Assembly: GCA_002686465.1 (NCBI GenBank)
Contig: NZCP01000012.1
Location: 1-48,254, forward strand
Length of the DNA stretch: 48,254 bases
DNA from: Candidatus Woesebacteria bacterium
GTDB taxonomy: Bacteria; Patescibacteriota; Microgenomatia; UBA8517; UBA10165
Direction of reading: 5' to 3'
Shown in pieces: positions 35,575 through 43,272 of the stretch (position 1 is the stretch's first letter; every line of letters begins with the position of its first letter). Both the position numbers and the translations under genes were made by a program. Under the pieces are notes generated by a model. That model did not search any database. It saw nothing but the letters and a program-made list of their open reading frames with translations, and was not told the DNA's origin.

Positions 35575-37287
35575 ATGTTTTCTGTTAAAAGTGTGCTTTC
35601 TACCCTGAGGCGAAACAAAGGCATTGTCTTTTTTTCACTAACTATTATTTTTTGGTCAATTGTTTTCTTTCTGATCTGGTCTCGCATGTTAGTCTTAGAA
35701 AAGGACGGACTATACGCTGGTTGGGTAAACGTCTGGGGTGATTGGTCTTCGCATATCTCATACACCACTTACCTTGCCACCCAAAACATTTTCCCCCCTC
35801 AGTTTCCAATTCTGTCCGGACACGTTCTATCTTACCCTTTTGGAGCCGACTTTGTGTCAGCTGTCTTACTAAGATTGGGAGTATCCCTTGTTCCAGCAAT
35901 GTTGATACCAAGTTTTCTTCTTTCTCTTGGGGTTGTTGTAACTCTTTTTCGTTTTTACAAACATCTCCTCGTCTTCCCACGAGCCGCAGCGTTAGGAGTG
36001 TTCCTTTTTCTCTTTAATGGAGGGCTCGGCTTTCTTTGGTTTTTAAGTGACCTCCACCTTGGCGGATGGGGAATAATATCTCGCCTACCTCGAGAATATA
36101 CGCACATCGAGCAACCAGCAAATATCGAGTGGCTCAACATCATCACTTCTGAGCTTGTTCCGCAAAGGGGGTTTTTGTTAGGTTTGCCAATTGCCCTTTT
36201 AATTCTCACTTTTCTTTGGCAAATATACCGAGGGTCTATAAAAACGCGCCTACTACACATTTTTGTAGCAGGTAGCGCAACAGGGCTTCTTACAATTATT
36301 CATATGCACTCATTCCTTGTAGTTTCAAGTGTTGCCTTGTGGACATTTTTTTTAATAACTCTCCGAGAGAAGAGTTTGAAAGTTGCTCTTTGGTATTTCA
36401 TACCACAGGCAGTATTGGCTGCAACGATCATCCAAGTCTTCTTCCCTCAACTTGGAGCCAGCTTCACCGCTTTTAATCCTGGGTGGCTGGCTGTGCAAAC
36501 CAGGGAAGGTCAACTTCTATTTGAGAATATGAATGGATTTGCCATTTTGGGTAACAGTATTATTTTTTGGATCAAAAATGCAGGAATTATGCTGTTCCTT
36601 CCTGTTGTATACGCAGTCTGGATTTTTCTGATGATGAAGAAAAAGTCTGATAGCCGACATTTATTAATTTGGTCTCTACCCCTTTTTGGGATATTCATAA
36701 TCGCCAATCTTTGGACATTCCAACCCTACACCTGGGACAACACAAAGTTTCTTACCTATTGGTGGGTTGCAGCGTCTGGCTTTGGAGCACTTTTACTTGA
36801 TCGGCTTCTGTCGGGAAATTTTGGTTTAAGGTTTGCAAGTATCATTCTTTTCTTTTTTGCAATTTTTGCAGGCGCACTAGACGTTCTTCAGATAACACAA
36901 TACGACCAACAAAAACTACGTATGCTATCGCAAGAAGACCTAGAACTCGCCGCGTGGGTTAAAAAGCAAACACCAAAGGACAGCATCTTCCTAACAGCAG
37001 ACAATCACGACAATCCTATTGCAATGCTCACTGGGCGCAGTGTTGTACTTGGTTTTCAAGGATGGCTTTGGACCTTTGGTATCGATACCGGAAAAAGACA
37101 AGCACAAGTAGAAAGTATATATGCCGGCCGGGATGCAAACACTTTACTCTCCATCCTCGACGTAAACTATGTAGTTATAGGAAGTAAAGAAAGGATACGC
37201 TATTCTGACTTAAATGAGGAGTTTTTTGAAACAGGTTATCCTATGGTGTATCAACTTGGAGAAACCAGGATTTTTACTGTCCCTTAA
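35575..37287 (+). CDS. Multi-TM GT-C-type glycosyltransferase-like protein
   Basis: WGDWSSH, YPFGADF, PQRGFLLG, HMHSF, WDNTKF; soluble C-domain WVKKQTPKDSIFL...LTGR. Confidence 0.65.
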   Translation: MFSVKSVLSTLRRNKGIVFFSLTIIFWSIVFFLIWSRMLVLEKDGLYAGWVNVWGDWSSHISYTTYLATQNIFPPQFPILSGHVLSYPFGADFVSAVLLRLGVSLVPAMLIPSFLLSLGVVVTLFRFYKHLLVFPRAAALGVFLFLFNGGLGFLWFLSDLHLGGWGIISRLPREYTHIEQPANIEWLNIITSELVPQRGFLLGLPIALLILTFLWQIYRGSIKTRLLHIFVAGSATGLLTIIHMHSFLVVSSVALWTFFLITLREKSLKVALWYFIPQAVLAATIIQVFFPQLGASFTAFNPGWLAVQTREGQLLFENMNGFAILGNSIIFWIKNAGIMLFLPVVYAVWIFLMMKKKSDSRHLLIWSLPLFGIFIIANLWTFQPYTWDNTKFLTYWWVAASGFGALLLDRLLSGNFGLRFASIILFFFAIFAGALDVLQITQYDQQKLRMLSQEDLELAAWVKKQTPKDSIFLTADNHDNPIAMLTGRSVVLGFQGWLWTFGIDTGKRQAQVESIYAGRDANTLLSILDVNYVVIGSKERIRYSDLNEEFFETGYPMVYQLGETRIFTVP

Positions 37288-38353
37288 TTTCCCTCGTAAA
37301 GTCCCCAGCTGGACACTCCTTGCCCAATAACAAACACTCAACCCACTCTCGGGTTGGCTCCCAATCTCCGTCGGTAGGTACTAATACCCACTGGTTATCA
37401 TGCTTGGCAGACAACGGAGGATTTATTAACAATCCTAGGCTCTCTACCCCGTCATTTAAAACCTCTGAGCGAATATTTCCACCTTGGGCACTTAATGCTA
37501 AATGCACAAAGGATGCAAAACTTGATTCAGGTATATCTGTTTCCACCGACCGTCCCATAATTTCAACAGACCGACTTACTCTTGTAGGTTCTAGAAAAAA
37601 CCAAGGGGAAAGCATTTTTTCCTTAACCGCCAATATGATCTTTTGTTGCCGCATGCTTCTGGCAAAGTCGGTTCCCTCATCTCCCTCAGCGTTCCTTGAA
37701 CGAGCAAATTTGAGTGCCCTACTACCATCTAAATGTTGTCTGCCCTCCTCAAAGGAAATTGATTCATATCGACAAAGTACTTCCGAATCACCTTCACAGT
37801 CTGCTACCTCGCGTCCAGGAATAGGATAGCGTTCATCTTTAAAACCTCTGTCGACGATTACATCAACGCCTCCCAAAAGATCAATCATCTCTATAAAACC
37901 ACTGAAAGAAACAACCACAACATAGTGAACCGGCTGGCCAACAATTTCGGAGGTAAAGTCCCGCGCCCATTCCATCCCCACACCATCCGCCCTGTTTCCA
38001 TAATAATAAGCGCTATTAATTTTAGCGCGCATTTGGGGAATCCAAACATCTCGGGGAATAGAAAGGAGCAGAACCTGGTTGGTTTTGGCATCAATTGAAG
38101 CAAAGATAATAGTATCAGTTAAGCCTGATGGTTCATTTTTTGGACCACCAAGGCCTAACACTAGAACATTTGTCCTTCCATTATGGGAACGAAGATCGCT
38201 TGCTGTGCTGGTAAAAAAATTCTTGGCTATATTGAATGTTTGGGGGAGATAAGGTAAGATCGGGCGCAAAAAAAGCAAAAGGATTACTAAAAAAACCGTT
38301 AGGAAAATAATTGCCTTTTTGTGGATTTTGATATATTGCTTGATCAACAGCAT
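37274..38353 (-). CDS. LytR-CpsA-Psr (LCP) family protein
   Basis: NVLVLG, LTDTII, LSIPRD, KINSAY, ALKFARSR, DFARSMRQQ; N-terminal TM. Confidence 0.95.
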   Translation of the reverse strand: MLLIKQYIKIHKKAIIFLTVFLVILLLFLRPILPYLPQTFNIAKNFFTSTASDLRSHNGRTNVLVLGLGGPKNEPSGLTDTIIFASIDAKTNQVLLLSIPRDVWIPQMRAKINSAYYYGNRADGVGMEWARDFTSEIVGQPVHYVVVVSFSGFIEMIDLLGGVDVIVDRGFKDERYPIPGREVADCEGDSEVLCRYESISFEEGRQHLDGSRALKFARSRNAEGDEGTDFARSMRQQKIILAVKEKMLSPWFFLEPTRVSRSVEIMGRSVETDIPESSFASFVHLALSAQGGNIRSEVLNDGVESLGLLINPPLSAKHDNQWVLVPTDGDWEPTREWVECLLLGKECPAGDFTREIKGQ

Positions 38354-38378
38354 ATCTCTACTATGATACAATTTTCGC

Positions 38379-40253
38379 ATGGGGAAAACTCCATCAATTT
38401 TATCTGATTTGAACCCAGCACAACAAGAGGCAGTTGCTCACTGGGGAACACCGCTCCTTATTTTGGCTGGAGCAGGCAGTGGTAAAACTAAAGCCTTAAC
38501 CCATAGAACTGCATGGCTAATCCAAGAAAAAAGTATTGTGCCTGAGAGCATACTTATGCTTACTTTTACAAATAAAGCAGCAGGAGAGATGAAAGAGAGA
38601 GTAATAAATCTTCTTGGCAACCCCTCTCACAACTCACAACCTACAACCTATCCTTTCTCTGGCACTTTTCATTCTTTTTGTGTCCGGGTTTTACGACACG
38701 ATGGATACCTGATTGGAATTGCCCCTGGTTTTGTAATCTACGATAGTCTCGACTCAAAAGATGCCATGAAGGGAGTTTTAGAAAAGTTGGGATTGGCAAA
38801 GACGTTGAAACCCCAAGTTGCACTCTCAGTTATATCACAAGCCAAAAATGAATTAATCGATCCCTTAGAGTATGCAAGTCTTGCGCACGGGGACTTCCAG
38901 AAAAATATCGCACAGGCCTATATTGGCTATCAAAAACTTCTAAAGGAAAACGATGCGCTTGATTTTGATGATTTGCTAATTAGTGTTGTGCACCTTTTCA
39001 AAAAAGAGAAATCTGCTCTAAACAAATATAGAAATCGTTTCCAATATATATTGGTCGACGAGTGGCAAGATACCAATAAAGCACAGTACGAAATAGTTAA
39101 ATTCCTTACTTCCAGCAGTAGACAATTAACAGTTGTCGGGGATGCTGCGCAAAGCATTTACGGTTGGCGCGGTGCAAACTATAGAAATATAAATTATCTA
39201 AAGCGTGACTTCCCAGAAATCGCCACGATCAACCTTGAACAAAATTACCGTTCCACCCAAAATATACTTGACGCGGCCTACGGCGTTATCAATCGAAACA
39301 AAAATCACCCTATCCTCAAACTTTGGACAAATAATACTCAAGGGGAAAAAATCAAACTTTATTGTGCCCGATCCGAGTTGGACGAGGCATCCTTCGTAAC
39401 AGACGAGATACAAAAAATACTTACACCCGAATCATCCTACTCTGATATCGCCGTTCTGTATCGCACCAACGCCCAGTCTCGTGTTCTTGAGGAATCTTTC
39501 TTGCACATCGGCATACCCTATATCTTAGTAGGTGGAACACGCTTCTATGAGAGACGGGAGATAAAAGATGTGCTTGCCTACCTAAAACTCCTAGTTAATC
39601 CAAAAGATACAGTTTCTTTGAAGCGAGTCAAAAACATAGGGAAGCGGCGGTTTGAAAGGTTTGAAAAGCTAAGCCAAACTCTAAAAATTGCCGATTACAC
39701 AACTTTAGAGATCTTAGACGAGACAACATCCACAACGGGATATTTAGAACTTTATGATCCAGAAAATGAGGAGGATATTGCTCGGCTTGAAAACGTCAAG
39801 GAATTACGCTCTGTTGCAACAGAATTTCCAAACCTTCCTGACTTCCTAGAGCAAGTAGCACTCGTCGAAACCATTCAAAATTCTAAAGGTGCCCCTTTTG
39901 CCGCTCGAGACAATGAAGCCGTAACATTAATGACTGCGCATAGCGCTAAGGGTCTTGAATTCTCTTCTGTATTTATAGTCGGGCTTGAGGAAGGACTTTT
40001 CCCGCACTCTCGTTCTCTCATGGATGCAGAAGAACTCGAAGAAGAACGCAGACTATCCTATGTAGGAATAACCCGCGCTAAAGAAAGACTTTATTTAAGT
40101 TTTGCTCTAAAGCGAATGATTTTCGGACAAAGAGGGGCTAGTACTCCTTCGCGTTTCTTGTCTGAAATACCAGAACATTTGATTGAAAATCGCCCACAAG
40201 AGTTATACTCAAACAAAGATTTTTCAGAATTTACCCAAGAAAGCGAGTTTTGA
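38379..40253 (+). CDS. pcrA: ATP-dependent DNA helicase PcrA/UvrD
   Basis: LAGAGSGKT, TFTNKAA, VDEWQDTN, VGDAAQSIYGWRGA, LEQNYRS, TAHSAKGLEF, EERRLSYVGITRA. Confidence 0.96.
   Translation: MGKTPSILSDLNPAQQEAVAHWGTPLLILAGAGSGKTKALTHRTAWLIQEKSIVPESILMLTFTNKAAGEMKERVINLLGNPSHNSQPTTYPFSGTFHSFCVRVLRHDGYLIGIAPGFVIYDSLDSKDAMKGVLEKLGLAKTLKPQVALSVISQAKNELIDPLEYASLAHGDFQKNIAQAYIGYQKLLKENDALDFDDLLISVVHLFKKEKSALNKYRNRFQYILVDEWQDTNKAQYEIVKFLTSSSRQLTVVGDAAQSIYGWRGANYRNINYLKRDFPEIATINLEQNYRSTQNILDAAYGVINRNKNHPILKLWTNNTQGEKIKLYCARSELDEASFVTDEIQKILTPESSYSDIAVLYRTNAQSRVLEESFLHIGIPYILVGGTRFYERREIKDVLAYLKLLVNPKDTVSLKRVKNIGKRRFERFEKLSQTLKIADYTTLEILDETTSTTGYLELYDPENEEDIARLENVKELRSVATEFPNLPDFLEQVALVETIQNSKGAPFAARDNEAVTLMTAHSAKGLEFSSVFIVGLEEGLFPHSRSLMDAEELEEERRLSYVGITRAKERLYLSFALKRMIFGQRGASTPSRFLSEIPEHLIENRPQELYSNKDFSEFTQESEF
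38627..38647 (+). repeat. In-frame heptamer triplet in pcrA
   Basis: TCACAAC TCACAAC CTACAAC (21 nt; SHNSQPTT). Confidence 0.7.
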
Positions 40254-40255
40254 CA

Positions 40256-41248
40256 ATGACATCCCGCAGGCTTACTCAATCAGACAAAAGCTCTTTTGAT
40301 CACCTTGTAGATCATCCAATCCAATCGTGGCAGTGGGGATCCTTCCGCGAAAAAACAGGAATTAAAGTGATCCGTGCTGGAACGTTTGATAACGGCAAGA
40401 TGACGGAAGGATACCAAATAACAATTCATACCATTCCTTACACAAATTTCAAAATCGGGGCATTTTTTAAAGGCCCAGAACCAACAACTCAGATGCTTAC
40501 TGCTTTAAAAAACTTTGGAAAAGAGGAGGGATTAATTTTGATCCGAATGGAACCAAACGTTCTGGACTCTTCAGAAGGCAAAAATTTGCTGCGACAGAAT
40601 GGTGCTGTGTCCGGACGATCCTCTTTTACTAAAGAAACATTTTTAATAGACCTAACAAAAAGCGAGGAAGAACTTTTGAAAAATATGCACTCAAAAACAC
40701 GATATAACATTAGAGTTGCAGAACGTCATGGTGTTGAGGTTGCAGAAAATAATTCAGACAAAGCTTTTGAGGAACACCTCAAGCTTATGATGGAGACAAC
40801 AAAACGACAAGGTTTTTATGCACACTCAGAGCGCTACCATCGCTTGATGTGGGAAGTGCTCGCCCCATCCGGGATCGCGCACCTTTTACAAGCTAAATAT
40901 AAAGAAAAAATTCTGGTTTCTTGGATTGTTTTTGTTTGGGGAAACACACTTTATTATCCGTATGGAGCGTCCTCGGGAGAGGACAGGAACGTCATGGCGG
41001 CTTACGGTATGATGTGGGAAGCAATTAAATTTGGAAAACAACTTGGATTATCCAAATTTGATCTTTGGGGCAAAGAAGAAGGAAAGGGGTTCACCAAATT
41101 TAAAGAAGGGTTCGGCCCACAACCAGTTGAATTTATAGGGACTTGGGACTTACCAATAAGTCCAATTCTTTATCCTCTTTATAGAATTACAGAAAAGATC
41201 TGGTGGATATTTTTAAGAACAAAAGCAAAACTCCTCCCCACAATTTGA
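40256..41248 (+). CDS. FemABX-family peptidoglycan bridge aminoacyltransferase
   Basis: HPIQSWQWGSFR, KGP, IDLTKSEEELLKNMHSKTRYNIR, YYPYGAS, GFTKFKEGFG. Confidence 0.92.
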   Translation: MTSRRLTQSDKSSFDHLVDHPIQSWQWGSFREKTGIKVIRAGTFDNGKMTEGYQITIHTIPYTNFKIGAFFKGPEPTTQMLTALKNFGKEEGLILIRMEPNVLDSSEGKNLLRQNGAVSGRSSFTKETFLIDLTKSEEELLKNMHSKTRYNIRVAERHGVEVAENNSDKAFEEHLKLMMETTKRQGFYAHSERYHRLMWEVLAPSGIAHLLQAKYKEKILVSWIVFVWGNTLYYPYGASSGEDRNVMAAYGMMWEAIKFGKQLGLSKFDLWGKEEGKGFTKFKEGFGPQPVEFIGTWDLPISPILYPLYRITEKIWWIFLRTKAKLLPTI

Positions 41249-41252
41249 CTAC

Positions 41253-42122
41253 ATGCAAGACCTTCGGCAAACAAAAGAGTATGCCCAATATATGCAAAGT
41301 ATCGGGTGGTCGGTTGTCAGATGTCAGATATCAGACACCAGGTGTCAGATTTTTGTAAAAAAAATTCCACTATTTGGTACTGTGGCAAAGCTGCAAAGAC
41401 CCCTCAATACAATTACCGCAAAACAGTTAGATAGTTTTTCCAAAAAACACAAAATCTCTGTCTTATACGTAGAACGTTCGTCGAACGTTCGAAGCACGTT
41501 CGAAGGGTTTTCAGAAGCAAAAAGCTCTTTTGTGCCTGCAAAGACTATCCACATTGATTTAACCAAATCTGAAAAAAAATTACTTTCCGAAATGAAGCCG
41601 AAAACAAGATACAACGTTGGTCTGTCTCAAAAAAGAAATGTAATAATTAAGGCGTCGCACAATATTAATACGTTTGGGGGATTGTGGGGGAAATCCGCAA
41701 GAGGCCGTGGTATGTTTCTCCCGCAAATAAAGGAAATAAGTGCTCTCTGGCGTGCTTTCGGGAACATGGCACACATTCTCTTGGCCTATTCCCCACTACC
41801 TACTACTCACTACTCACAACCAGTTGCTGGAGTACTCATGGTACGAACAGCAACATCAGCTTACTATATGTATGCTGCCGCGACTGCTGAGGGCAAAAAA
41901 CTCTTCGCACCAACCCTTCTTGCCTGGGAAGCAATAAGACTTGCAAAGAAAAGAAAATGCAAAGTCTTTGATTTTGAAGGAATCTATGATGAGCGTTATC
42001 CTTCTACTAAAAAGTGGAAAGGGTTTACAAGATTTAAAGAAGGATTTGGAGGAAAAATAGTTACTTATCCCGAAACTCTTGTAAAATATTACAATTGGTT
42101 TGTAAAAATTCTGAATATCTAG
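41253..42122 (+). CDS. Second FemABX-family protein
   Basis: DLRQTKEY, IDLTKSEKKLLSEMKPKTRYNV, FDFEG, GFTRFKEGFGG. Confidence 0.88.
   Translation: MQDLRQTKEYAQYMQSIGWSVVRCQISDTRCQIFVKKIPLFGTVAKLQRPLNTITAKQLDSFSKKHKISVLYVERSSNVRSTFEGFSEAKSSFVPAKTIHIDLTKSEKKLLSEMKPKTRYNVGLSQKRNVIIKASHNINTFGGLWGKSARGRGMFLPQIKEISALWRAFGNMAHILLAYSPLPTTHYSQPVAGVLMVRTATSAYYMYAAATAEGKKLFAPTLLAWEAIRLAKKRKCKVFDFEGIYDERYPSTKKWKGFTRFKEGFGGKIVTYPETLVKYYNWFVKILNI
41315..41349 (+). repeat. Heptamer array within femABX-2
   Basis: TGTCAGA TGTCAGA TATCAGA CACCAGG TGTCAGA (RCQISDTRCQ). Confidence 0.75.
41472..41504 (+). repeat. Palindromic 11-mer triplet within femABX-2
   Basis: GAACGTTCGTC GAACGTTCGAA GCACGTTCGAA (33 nt); contains the perfect palindrome TCGAACGTTCGA. 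Confidence 0.7.
41793..41820 (+). repeat. Heptamer array within femABX-2
   Basis: CCACTAC CTACTAC TCACTAC TCACAAC (PLPTTHYSQ). Confidence 0.75.
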
Positions 42123-42137
42123 GATAATTGATAAGAA

Positions 42138-42461
42138 ATGTTTAGGAATAATGCCAGACTTCAAAGTCTAATCGGTCTAACCTCCGGCATAGCAGGAATA
42201 CTAATACCTCTGGGTGTCATCCTCTCTTTGCCGGCAATGGTCTTTGGGTTAGGTGGCCTGCATTTTAGTATAGGAAAAGACAAATTTGCTAGTTACACTG
42301 GGTCTGCAGCAGTCTTAATAGGAGTAGCTATTCGAGTTACTTATTCCTTGTATGGAAAAACGACGGAGGAGATAGATCTAAGTGGTTTGATAATATCGGC
42401 AGTTGCATTACTAGTCCTTATTTACATTTTCTACAGACATATCTCCCACAAACGAGCTTAG
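42138..42461 (+). CDS. Small multi-TM hypothetical protein
   Basis: 107 aa with 3-4 hydrophobic segments. Confidence 0.65.
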   Translation: MFRNNARLQSLIGLTSGIAGILIPLGVILSLPAMVFGLGGLHFSIGKDKFASYTGSAAVLIGVAIRVTYSLYGKTTEEIDLSGLIISAVALLVLIYIFYRHISHKRA

Positions 42462-42522
42462 TTGCCCGTCTCACAAAACAATTTATATTCACAGTCCTTG
42501 CGCCAGCAAACTCAAAGGGCAG

Positions 42523-43206
42523 TCACTGATCAATAATCCAAAGTGTAAACGGCACTTTGCCTTTAGGATTCTCAAAATCAACTAGAACATTCCCCTCATG
42601 CCAGTCAGGCAATAACTCCATTCCAATCAACTCCTCTAAACTTTGCTGTTGAATACTCCTGTCAAGCATTACTTTTGCTTCAGAAAAGGTATCTTTGACA
42701 GCTTCTCTAATTTCAGGGTCAATTTGCAATTGGCCATTATGTACAACGTCCTCGACTGTAATACCATCGTTGATTTTTTCCATTATCAGGTATTCTATTT
42801 TTAGTCTTCGCGAAAAAATTCCACCATAATGATCAGGCACTCTAACATGAGGTGGTAAAAACTCTTCACAAACCCAATGGAGATAGTCCATTCTGTCTAA
42901 TGCACTCCATAACGATTTCCCGGGTTGGCCTTCCTTTATTACAATAGGATGATCTCCCAGAGTATAGACATCACTGTTCCCCCCGCTTTTGAACCACCGT
43001 CTAAATTCTGGGTTGCCGCTTCGGGTTTCAAGTTCATTCTTATACTTGCCAAACTCCCTCCGCAGGTTAGTATCGCCAAACAGGAGTTTTCGGCCACTCG
43101 AGGTGAACACAGCAGTGCCGCCCTCAATCCAAAATAGGCGCCATCTCCGCCGGTCGAACCTGTCTTGATATTCACTGCCTGGAAATCCCACTAGCTGCTC
43201 TTTCAT
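42523..43206 (-). CDS. Minimal protein-kinase-like-fold protein
   Basis: FKSGGNSDVY, IVIKE, YLIMEKI, PDWHEGNVLV, terminal WIIDQ. Start at MKEQ, 7 nt after TATAAT. Confidence 0.75.
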   Translation of the reverse strand: MKEQLVGFPGSEYQDRFDRRRWRLFWIEGGTAVFTSSGRKLLFGDTNLRREFGKYKNELETRSGNPEFRRWFKSGGNSDVYTLGDHPIVIKEGQPGKSLWSALDRMDYLHWVCEEFLPPHVRVPDHYGGIFSRRLKIEYLIMEKINDGITVEDVVHNGQLQIDPEIREAVKDTFSEAKVMLDRSIQQQSLEELIGMELLPDWHEGNVLVDFENPKGKVPFTLWIIDQ

Positions 43207-43272
43207 GCTTAACATTATACTATAAGATATAAAAGGATGGTAACTTTCTATACACAGGAAGTTTCTAATGTA

